A stretch of DNA of 64,000 nt, from the NCBI GenBank assembly GCA_049724395.1, contig JAUGWO010000148.1, positions 1 through 64,000 on the forward strand. The letters run 5' to 3'. Position numbers and translations under genes: made by a program. The notes below the pieces were generated by a model that was not told the origin of the DNA, made no database searches, and saw nothing but the letters and a program-made list of their open reading frames with translations. Of the stretch, positions 23,448 through 34,536 are shown piece after piece. This DNA comes from Spongospora subterranea f. sp. subterranea. Lineage: Eukaryota. Each line of letters begins with the position of its first letter. The stretch's first letter is position 1.

Positions 23448-24789
23448 TTACCATCCAAATGGCTTATTTGATGTTGGCGGGCTCGGTCCCGGGCTCGTGA
23501 ATGGATTCGCGTTCGTCCTGACGGGACCATTAAGCATAGATTGTACATCACCAAGGCCAGAAAATCCTCCAGAGTTCGGCAGCTGGGATAACTGCTGGTT
23601 TTGCCGTCCCTGGTCTGTTTGTGTCGATTGATATGCAGGAGGATTCGGCTGTTGTGCGAATTGAGGCATGCCCGCCGCTGATGGATAACCCAAAGGCGCT
23701 CCTGAAAACGGCGGCCCATAGTTTGCTGGTTGAGGTTGTGGGAAACCAGCAGGCTCAGTCGACGCCGGCAAACGGTAGCCGGAAATCTGCTGTTGCTGGT
23801 CTGGAGCATAGAATTGTTGATGGGCCATATACTGCCCTTGTGGATTCTGTGGCGGATATGCTGTATATGGAGGATAATTCGGCGGTCCATTACCGTAAGT
23901 TGGAACCTGGTTCGAGGGAGGAGGTTGCTGGAATAGGCTCATGATGTCATCTTTGTCGTTTTTAGCAGGTTCCGGATGGGACGGTCCGCCAGCATGAAAA
24001 TCACCGAAATTGGCAAAATCATCAATGACTGTTGCCGACGAAGCCACAGGTGGTTGGCTAGATGGAAAGGAAGAAAAATCTGCAAATCTCGCCGATGGCT
24101 GATCAACATCAGATGTAGGTTTCACCCCCTGCTTCTTTCGATTATGATCTAATTGATGTTTCGCCGTCGCTGGCACGTTTTCTCTTCTTTTTGCAGGCAT
24201 CCTTGGCTCTGGCGAATCGCCGCTTTCATCACTATCGGATTCTTCGCTGGAATCACTATCGTCTTCGCTGGAGTCTTCGCTACTGGACGAATCCTCTTTC
24301 ACCGATTTTGTCTTTCCCTTTTCCGTTTTCGACGCACTAACCATGAACGTTTTTCGCTCGTATTTCTGACGAATGAATAGCTCCATCTCTCGATCAGCTG
24401 CATTTCCATCTGGTTTCTTTGAATTCCCTAACTTTGCTTCGTACACTGCGGGCAGATAAGACATTAGCATATCTAACCACAACGTCTTACATTTGTTAAC
24501 TTTTTTATTTCCCCAATTCTCCATGTTGGCAACCCATGCTGGTTGCCATTCATCAAGCGTTACTGAGCGAACTTTGGAGATGTGAACGCCAATGCTTCGA
24601 TGAATTCCTAATACTGTTTGAGCAGAGAAAACCGACATATTCACGCTTCAGACCGGAACATCTTATGCAAATAAAGCATCCTATGTTGATACTAGCCCAT
24701 CGAGGTTGCTTTGTTGAACAATCGGCACAGACGCGATTTTCTGGCTTTTTCAGCAAGCGTTTCAACGCCTCAATTTCTGGAGCCCCCAT
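23448..24789 (-). CDS. ArfGAP (SMAP/AGD5-like) with a Pro/Gln-rich tail
   Basis: CADC...PRWASINIGCFICIRCSG|IHRSIGVHISKVRSVTLD, FIRQKYE, NPF motif. Confidence 0.93.
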
Positions 24790-26511
24790 CGATAAATCAG
24801 TGACTGTTTCGGTAGCAGACTCTCAATAGGATTGCCCCAATTAGGCAATCAGTTGAATCCGGTTTAATTCGCTATGTCATACAACAGAAATGACCTGCTC
24901 CTATACCAAAGTCCACCTTTGTACTCAAAGGAACTCAATCAACCTTGAGCGCCTGAACAACTCACAGTCATATAATACGTACACTATGGGTGGGGCTCAA
25001 TGTACACCTAGGTGAGGCGGATTGATCCTGATTGATCCGGGGTGGGCCACTTGTGGAGTCAAATGGCCCGATCAGGATCGAATCTAACCACAGACCAAAA
25101 TACGATTTCAAAACGTGCATATTGTTTCTGAGATTGAGGTATTATGTACATTTATAAATTGAATTTGGTCGCTCGATCTTGCTTGTGCGTCTGTTATGCG
25201 GCAGCTGGATTTTTGCAACTTCAAGTTGTTATATCGATACGCCTTTGGATACTTTTGTTTCTCCCGAAACACTGGTGCGCTCTAGTTGCTCAACTTTAGT
25301 CATATCTCGAAGCTCCTTAGCCAGCTCGATGTTAGGAAGTATCTTCGACGGGTTTAACCAGAACAATCCAGCGCACCCTACTTATTAAGGTGGAACAATT
25401 GGATCACATCAGTACTGAAAATATTATAGAATGATTCCCGGTGTTCGGGGCAACGCCAGATGTGTATTTGCTAATCAGGATCCAAGGCCTAATTTGGAAG
25501 GAACTTTGAACGCGTTGGACGGTGATCTGGCAGTATTGCTTAGGCATTCCTATAACAGATTGCCCGGTAGTTTAGATTCTGTATATCATGCAGTTTGGGC
25601 GATTTCGATCGGTAAACGAAACGTGTTCTTTTCTAGGTAGATGAACATGACTACGGGTCGACTCCTTCTGGTGACAGTGAAAACGCTGAAGTCTGTGGTT
25701 GTCCTGGAGCAATGATAGTGAGCCATATTAATTTTTCTATTTGACTTCGTCTCTCGCTTCGCTTCGTTTGCCGGTCAGCAGGCATATCTTATTTACGATG
25801 GAAATACTTCTCGGATCGATGGCAAGAACAACTTGCGATTTCTAGGCACTTGCTTCAATCGTTTAGCCATTTTCTTAAACTCGTGGCACTAGTCGAAGCC
25901 CTGAATTTTCCGATCGGGACCTTAACTGCGATGCGCCCCCCCCCCTATAAACGATTTTTCGAAAGGATGACATGGAGACACGATGAAATTCCTGACCGTC
26001 TTGAAAAGCACAGTACTACAAGCCATTATTGCCAGACTGCCCGGCTGTGGATGCCTTGACAAGCAAATACATGATAGAATTCACAACCAGCAGCAATCAC
26101 CCCATAAAGGCTATCAAGGATTTCCGTCAGGTTCCAGAGCTGTTAGAGAAGCCAATTCTTCTTTTCTTTGCGCCAGATAACTGCTTTCAAAGGACGAGGA
26201 GTACGCCATGTTCTGGAATGATTTTCGTACTGTAACGGTGATAATGATTTCTGAAATTCTGCGGTGTGCAAAAAAGTTTCCATTCGGGCTGACGTGGTCC
26301 TCCTTTAGTCGTTGTTTGGTCGTCGCTGCTACATTGAAATTCGCCAAGTAACTTTCAAGAACGTTTTGGAGTCGAACGTGTCAGCAATCGCTCTTTTAGA
26401 CACTCCAGGAATCAGCGAACTCGTCTGTTTTCTTCTTTGTTGCTTTTCATAATGATGGGGCAATCGGACTGATTGCACATCAACAGAAATCAACGCGTAA
26501 CTGCATGCCGT

Positions 26512-26910
26512 CATGTATGAGGGTGAGCGGTATCGTGGACAGCCCAAATGGGTCGGTGGACAGTCTCCATGCATGAGGGCGTGCGGTATCGTAGGCACAC
26601 CCAATTGGGGCGGTGGACAGTCTCCATGCATGAGGGCGTGCGGTATCGTAGACACACCCAATTGGGGCGGTGGGACAGTCTCCATGCATGAGGGCGTGCG
26701 GTATCGTAGACACACCCAATTGGGGCGGTGGACAGTCTCCATGCATGAGGGCGTGCGGTATCGTAGACACACCCAATTGGGGCGGTGGACAGTCTCCATG
26801 CATGAGGGCGTGCGGTATCGTAGACACACCCAATTGGGGCGGTGGACAGTCTCCATGCATGAGGGCGTGCGGTATCGTAGACACACCCAATTGGGGCGGT
26901 GGACAGTCTC
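26512..26910. repeat. Tandem minisatellite, 57-bp unit, ~6 near-identical copies plus a diverged first copy
   Basis: Unit ggacagtctccatgcatgagggcgtgcggtatcgtagacacacccaattggggcggt; 19-aa periodicity in the ORF track. Confidence 0.95.
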
Positions 26911-28592
26911 GTGGAAAAACCAATTACATTACTCATTCCGATTTTGTTTTCCCAACGACGCCAGATGCAATCGGTCGCAGCGGAACAGGTCTGGGGCCGG
27001 TCTCAAAGTAGGGCTGGCCTTGCAGCACAGTCGATCGAAATGCGATTCTCGCCCGCTTCTAGACAGCAACACTAGTAACGTCAAGAGGTCTTGTACAACC
27101 CGGATGAACCTGCCTTATCACATGGGGGATTCGCACCCTAGCTAACGCGCTTCCGATAATGCTCCGTTGTTTACTATGGAATTACGAAGATACATTCCTG
27201 AGAGGCAATTTAAAAAAGGATATGTAGATAAACCTCGTTGAAAGAGAATTCCCGTTCAAATTCAACCGAAGAGAAGTCATTTTTGCGTGATTATTCTGGG
27301 CGCAATGATGAAATTCGAACCGTCATCATGTCCGATCTACAACTTTAAGGCAAACCTTACAGAGTTCAACAAGTGAATCCTTTGATCTAGAAGTCATGAT
27401 GAACGAGAAACAGGAAGGATTCGCGTGCGACATACAGTAGAAAACTCATTCCAGGTCCTGAATATCTCTTCAGTTTATGGTCCAACCTTTTAGAGCAAGC
27501 TTAACATATTGGTGTTTCCCAGATGCGCTTTTCTCGCAGTGACACCCGTTTTGCCCTTCGACGAACCCTTCAAAAAAGTCCTGTAGTAAGTCGTGACGTT
27601 CAACAAACCGAGAACCCCTTGGTTAATAAAGTATTACCCCTTGATAGGTGTCCGACCAACATCACTTTGGGGGCATCGCAGGGGTAAGACCAGGGCTTTC
27701 GCACGATCATCATCTTTACTTGATATATAAATCCTCGTAAGCCGATCGGGATTCATTAATCAGTTCTAGGGCGGAAGAAACGATCGGCAATACGAGGATT
27801 GAAAAGCAAGTAAAGATGGTGATCATGCGAAAGCCCAGGACACAAGGTGATGCTGGTCGGAGACGCTATCAAGGGTGACACCCTATTTAGGTTCTCGCCG
27901 TTCGGAATCGACTCCTGCAGGGTTTTTGACGGGGCTCGTGGAAGCAATAAGAGCACGTTTGGACAAGTTTAACAGAGCTACCACATCGGCCAGACGGCAA
28001 TAATGTCGAAACAGACGACCATTAGCCTCGTACGCGCGGCAATCATCTCTTTGATCTGTAACAATATAAATGACAGTGTTTGTCTGATGCGAATGGTTGA
28101 GGCGGTTCGCCATTCTTTGGTATCCTAGCGCCAATTTCATTCAATGAATGGACACAGCGGCGAGACACGATGTCGACTCTGCACCTACTCTTGAAGTTGT
28201 GCCCAGCTGATACACGATATTAGATGATCAACAAAGTGAAGTAATTCCTCTAATTATACTGTTAGTCATCTTGAAAAAACTTAGTAAGGAAAAGACGTGT
28301 CGATCCTGTGTACGCCAATGCACTACCACTGAACTGTCGTCAGAAGCTGAAAATGTGGGGGCAGCGTAGAAAATAGTGAACAAAACTCATTCGCATCGGA
28401 TTTGGCTGTGAAAGCCTGGGCTAAGGTCATCATCTGGCTCCAGATTGTGATCGTCATGTCCATTCTGATTCTATTATACGGTGGAGCCCTTATTCGCATA
28501 TTCCCTTTGGAGCAGAAGTCCGCCGCGGAGTCCGTCAATATTTGTGCATTATTTCCTCATCCAATCGTTGTTGTTCGGCGAGCAGCTAATCA

Positions 28593-28931
28593 ATGGTCGC
28601 TCCAACGCAGAAGAAGACGAAGAAGACCGCTGAGTCTATCAACTCGCGTCTTGGGCTCGTTGTCAAATCTGGCAAGTATTCATTAGGATACAAGTCAACT
28701 TTGAAGTCGCTCCGTATGGGAAAGGCCAAGCTCATCATCATCGCCAACAACTGCCCAGCCCTGCGAAAGTCAGAGATCGAGTACTACGCCATGTTGGCCA
28801 AGACCGGTGTCCATCACTACTCAGGAAACAACATCGAGCTCGGCACCTCGTGCGGAAAGTATTTCCGGGTCTCATGTCTGTCCATCACCGACGCCGGTGA
28901 CTCTGATATTATCCGAAGTCTCCCCCAGTAA
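28593..28931 (+). CDS. RPL30: 60S ribosomal protein L30 (eL30), intronless
   Basis: [20 protein letters not shown]...[32 protein letters not shown]...GDSDII. Confidence 0.98.
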   Translation: MVAPTQKKTKKTAESINSRLGLVVKSGKYSLGYKSTLKSLRMGKAKLIIIANNCPALRKSEIEYYAMLAKTGVHHYSGNNIELGTSCGKYFRVSCLSITDAGDSDIIRSLPQ

Positions 28932-30327
28932 ATGTCCTTCATGACGTATATCCCTCAATATAATCCGTTTCAAACATGTTTCTCAAAATGAGATATTGTT
29001 AGTAATTGACGGTCATCTGCGTACATGGCGCAACGATTGGCGAACTCGCGTTGCTGGGCTCATTGTTGTTGTCGTTATCGGCAACTGAGCAAAATACTGT
29101 TATAGATGATCGTTTTGATAACTCATATACTGAGGTCTGCAAAAACAGTTGTGATTGACAGCGCAACTCGTCGCATTCGATAAGTTTTCTTGCTTGCTTG
29201 CTCATTTCCCGTGGATCCGCCCAAATTCCAGTACAGATGGAAATGATATGACTCTCTGCCGAGCTGTTCAGGGCGCTGCTGCCAGCCCCTAATTCTTGGC
29301 CGGTTTTTATGGGTATGTCGGATTTTTCCAGCAGCCTGTTGCGATGCAGAGCAACAGATTAACAAATGATAAACGTCTCGCGTGGTCCGTTAACAAGCAA
29401 AAGCAATAGATGAAAGCGTTAAACCTCTCGCGTTTCAATAGAATATGCAGCATAGACGGACGGATCAATGAACCTTTTTTTTCAACTTTAAAAAAGGATG
29501 AGCCAAACTGCATTCACCTCTTGCAAACTGCACTGACTAAAAGAGATGAAGATAAATTCGCTAGCAAGGGTGAGAGCGGTTCATGCCTGAAATGATGCAC
29601 AATGTATAGATAAATTGTTGATGTATATCAGCAGATTCAGGACCAACTACATAAGTTATGGTACACCCACGCCTACGCTCTAATTATCGAACCGGGAACG
29701 AACCTAGCAAGCGCGGTGGAAGTTTCGGGCAAAAAAGGGATTATGGGTATTGAGATGTTTCTCCCGAATGCTGTATGGTTTATGATTGGTAATGGATCGT
29801 ATATGCTTACACTTTTAGAAAGCGACTGAGATGATGTAGCATCCATGATGTGATTATGTCAGACCAAAAAACTGTGTAAATGCAGCAGTGGAATGGTGGT
29901 CCCCCCAATCAACGCTTTGATATACATTGGGAACTCAGAAAATAATACACAATTGGTAAAATACAGACTCGACCCGTCACAGTGTCGGGTGTCCATGACT
30001 ATCATGACGGTAACTTCGTAACATCCATTGACTCGTGACCTGACCCGACCGTGAAACGGCAATCGCATGATGCAACCGAGTGTAGATCCGGGTGAGGCCG
30101 AGGCCGCGCAGTATATTGATCAAAAAGTCCGGCAGGTAATAGTTGCGTCTGTATTGGTGGACTACCCTTGCCGTCTCGACGAGTGAGTAAGGAGCATTGA
30201 GTCGGGACTAACTCACTCCATCGAACAAACACAGGCATACACGAACACACCTGAACATCAGGCCAAAGGGTATCGCATCGCAAGATTCACATCGCCCGGC
30301 AAGATTGAGAAGTTCACGCATCAGGTT

Positions 30328-31900
30328 GTGATGGCCACTGCTGCCATGAGCAGACTGGAGACGGCTATCAGTAATATCGAAGAAGCTGGCTTTTTCCTGG
30401 GTTTTGGCGTTCCAGAAAACGATCAAAAGCCATATGACAATGGAATGCCTGCCAAAAGATTCAAAATTGATGAAGATACTGGATCAGTGGCGTTTTTACA
30501 GCCAGGAAATGAACATCCACCCAATCCCGTTGTGTCCCCGACGGTTGATAGAAACAATGGATATGTAGTTTCCGGTGATGGTGGAGCACCTGCTGCATCC
30601 GAGCTCGATAACCGCTTGGATAGCAATGTCAAAGGAACCGTCAAACCAGAACTGGCATCGACCGATGGGAATGATCTCCTGAAGTCAGCTGTCCGTAGGC
30701 AGGCTCCAGAATCCTATAATCACGATAACATGTCTTCTATCCATCAATGTATTTCTGCCTTAAAATCAGCCGATACGTTTTTCATGTGGTGGACGGTTCT
30801 TGTTGAATGATGCTGATCGTCAAGCAAGATTGCGCGCTGAAACTTCAGAGAAGGAAATTCGTGATTTTGGCAATATCCTTAATTTATCGGCTGCCGAAAT
30901 GCTTCATCTTTACGTGCGGCCATCACCACCCAATCCTACCCAAGATCGTGGGGATCATATCGCCAGTGATCTGGCCCTGGATTTCCGCCTGGGCACCTCT
31001 CCATCGTTCACATCTAAACAGGCAGACGATGTTAGCTTCTTGGACGAAATTCGCCAAAGATGCAGTGAAGTTTTCAACGTTCCTTCTGTATCTTTACGCC
31101 GGCGACACCTTCGCATCTACTCCAAAGGCGGTTTCAGCAGGCAGTCAACCTCAACTCCTCGGGTGCCTCAGCGCACAATTGCTACTGTTATCGTATGTCT
31201 TCCAAGCCAACATTCAGGCGGTAAACTGGTCATATCTCATTTAAAGTCTCGAAAATCCTTTTCCTTCGCTGACAGAGCTGGCATTCGCGACGCCGTGCAG
31301 TGGGCTGCGTTTTATTCGGACTGTGAGTACGAAATCAAAAAAGTGAAATCTGGCCATCAGATTCTGGTTATATACGACGCATGTGTTGAGTGTGACCCTC
31401 AAGAATCAAAGCGCCAGCTGTATAAGCAAATGGTACCAGGTTCAATCACTCCACCGCCAATGGACAGCATAACAGCCCTGGTGAATTCTGTAACGACGTA
31501 TCTTTCCTCTGCGTCTTGCCTAGGACTGTTTACTTGGTATTCGTATACGCTATCGGCAGTTAACAAGGCGCCGCTAACTTTAAAAGGACTAGATCGATAC
31601 GTCTACGAATCACTAAGCCCCAGGTTTCGTGTACTTTTACTGCCCATCATTGTCAGATTACCTTTTGAAGATGACGCGTCAAGGAATATTCGAATCGCTG
31701 CTTTTACTCGTGACGATATTGAATACATGGAAGGGGTCGCCGAGGCGCCGTGCCATGACGAGTTGGAACCATTCAAGGAAACTATCGCTTTTCCTTGCCG
31801 GTCGGATATTGAAACACTCGAATTCTGCGCCAATGACGATGTTGAAACAACATACTTCTACAGTGCCATGATCATTATGCCTTTTAATGCCAAACGATGA
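30328..31900 (+). CDS. 2OG-Fe(II) oxygenase-fold protein lacking catalytic residues; frame break near 30780; 5' end uncertain
   Basis: FSCGG, LRIYSKGGF, ATVIVCLPSQHSGGKLVISH and WAAFYSDCEYEI..V.SG match the prolyl-4-hydroxylase-like family pattern. Confidence 0.7.
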
Positions 31901-33620
31901 CGACGATATTGCGGAAGGATAATGTCTATCTTGAAGTATATTGCTGTGATCATTATTTTCCTATTAAATAACCATGCAATGTCTCCAAATTTCCTGGTTA
32001 TCCTCTGTTTAGTCGAAACGTAGCAATACCTTGGCCCTCTTTTTTCCTGTACATGCTCGAGAAATGGCAGATCCAAGATCCTCGAAGGAATATGATTCAG
32101 TGTCGACCTTCAGCATTCCATCGCGGATCATGCCCTGAGCTCGTGATTCAATAGTTAATTCTCAACAGCAACATCCGCATTACTGTTAACCGCTCGAGAA
32201 TGTCAGTTTTCTCTTTTTTTTCAGCGACCATATTGCATCGAGTAAGCCAGAACCCACGAGCAACAATATCGTTGAAAATGAGCAGGCCTGTTGGCAAAGT
32301 GACAGGTTTTCTTGACATTCCACCATATGTTATAATTTGGCCGCCGTTACACAGACTTCGAGCTAACTGAAACATAGGTGATCGTAATCAGTCGAAAAGC
32401 TCAGCTCAAAGAATGCTCAGTAGAGATACGTTAGTGCAGCTAGGACCGCCAACAGCGTTCAATGCCAATACTGGTTTTGGGAGTGACTTCAGCTGCGAAA
32501 AATCTGATTCAGGTAACACATAATCTGCTCCTAAATCAGTTAGAAGCTGGCTGACCGCATCGAAATCATCTCGATCACTAATTGTCAAAAATTCATAACC
32601 AAAATCCATTAATGGCATTGCGAAGAAAAGCTCGTACCGGATGATGTTGACGGTCTTGACTTTCATTAGCTTGCAAATTTGTATCACCGCCCTACCAACA
32701 GCACTATTTGCAGCATTTTGGATGATGGTTGAACCTTCATCTAATACCTTGTTGACATCACCTCAACAAAAAGTATGAAAAACATCGCGGGCGTTAGATA
32801 CTAACCATGAAATCATGTAATAATCTGTATGCAGTAACTGGGTTAACAGCTAAAGTAGCAGCGGATTCCACAGATATATCATCAGGTATCACAATCAGAT
32901 TATCAATTGTTGTTTTACAATGTGTACGCCATGTGCCTGCCAATTCATGGGCTGTTAGCTCCGACGGAAACTGACGCTCTTGATGGTTGGTGAACAGACC
33001 CAGTCCTGGCGAAGCTGGAATAACCCGTTGACCTGGTTTGAGTCTGCCATGATCAACATCATGAACTCTTTCAACAAGTGCAACTCCTTCATTGCCAGGA
33101 GTAGCAGGTAGGTCATGTAGAATAGCATAAGTCCCCTCTATCTGGATTCATTGCGATGCTTATTTCCCTCGTCATACGCTAAAATAAATGTCACACTATT
33201 TACCTGATTGATATCAGATGGGTTGATAGGTGATGCTATAAACTTGATCAAAGCTTGCCCTGGTTGTAGATCATCGTAATCATGCTCCTGTACGTCTTCT
33301 ATCCTATCAACAAGTGATGTCAACCAGCAATCGGTCACTATAATAAGAGCAATGCCCCCACCCCCCTATATCCCCTCACTCATATCAGGCGTCATACACC
33401 GTTACCCACCAGCAGGTTCATCATGTAGTAACACATTGGTCCTCGTAGTCGAGGAAAGGGCGTTACCCAGTCATATAGCTGCAGTAGTAACTGATCCCCC
33501 CACCCCTACTCTCCAGTAACATTACCTGACCACACCTTCCGCTTTCCCATGGGTCCTGTACACAGCAGCCCTGTAGTATCGTGTAGCCGCCCCAAATCCC
33601 TTCTCTACACGTCTCATCAT
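31858..33620 (-). CDS. MECR: Mitochondrial trans-2-enoyl-ACP/CoA reductase, multi-exon; 3' end uncertain
   Basis: ASPINPSDINQ, PGNEGVA, GTWRT, ATLAVNP.TAYRLL, IIQNAANSAVG, LALNAVGG, TYGGMSRKPV. Confidence 0.9.
33304..33525 (-). ncRNA. Candidate intronic structured RNA (snoRNA-like) in the 222-nt first intron of MECR
   Basis: Intron is about four times typical length. It has ATGATGA (33418-33424) and CTGA (33385-33388) boxes, several hairpins and G-rich flanks. Confidence 0.35.
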
Positions 33621-33902
33621 TACTCGATATCAAGGTCAATCAAGGCACAATAATAGTGGTGAAGCACCGCGGCGGAGGTCGTCATCACTCATCACCAATG
33701 ATCAATCTCCAATCCGACTCTATCCGATAAGAACATTCCCCCGTTTTCTCTTAGATCAAACCGTAACAATGATCAACCTTCTCGGAAAACAATCGAAGCA
33801 TTGAATTCGATTAGATATCAGTACTACATTTTTTGAAAATGGTGCCAAGCAATACAACAAGCATTTCATTGACAATATGACGATGTGGATTCAATTTTGT
33901 TC

Positions 33903-34536
33903 TTAAACAGCTACTACAGATCGTTTTTTGGCCTTGTAAATTTTTGGAACCTTAGACGTATCTTCATGTGATCGCTTGTGCTTAGAGCGAGAGGTTTTTG
34001 CAGATGGCACTGGATCGACAAGTTCGCGAGATGATTTTTTCGCAGATTTAGTCTTAACAGCCATTAGAGATTTTTCAGCCGTTTTATCAGAAGGCGATAA
34101 TGTAGGTTTGACCTTTGGTTTAGAAGACTTGGATTTTTTTTTAACTTTGTCGTTAGAAGCTGGTGCTGGTATAGTTTTGCCATTTGAGCAAGTGCCACAG
34201 TCCTCTGAAATTTTCGCTGGATCGTTTGGAAATGTTGGAATCGTCTTTGTCACGATCACTTTAGGAACACTTTTTTGGACTTTTTTCTTTTCGCGATATA
34301 GACCTTTTTGATGTTTGGCAGCCTCGGAAATACAGGATGTGTGTGATGCATATTCATCATCGTAAAACGTTGTGGAACAGTCAATGCATGATACCGATCT
34401 GGAACCGCAATAATGGCTGGCCACCTTCTGTTTTTTCAGGGTTTCCTGTGAACTTGAATCAAAAGAAGTATCGGGTATCGGATTGGCAAATTCTGTTGGC
34501 ACATACATTGCAACCATCACAACAAAAGCTAACCAT
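33903..34536 (-). CDS. LYAR: LYAR-type C2HC zinc-finger nucleolar protein, 2 exons (intron 34446-34506)
   Basis: MVSFCCDGCN|ETLKKQKVASH..C...SCIDCSTTF...HTSCISEAAK followed by a Lys-rich tail. Confidence 0.88.

Noticed and set aside
25020..25084. Small imperfect hairpin gattgatcctgat...atcaggatcgaatc
   Set aside because: Short and interrupted; no evidence of function.
26512..26910. CRISPR-like array
   Set aside because: Units are contiguous with no unique spacers, no cas genes are present and the context is eukaryotic.
33385..33500. TPP riboswitch, hammerhead/HDV ribozyme or IRE1-type splice hairpins in the MECR intron
   Set aside because: Only isolated motifs match (gaacctg, ttcctcg, ctgcagc); the required stems and order are missing.
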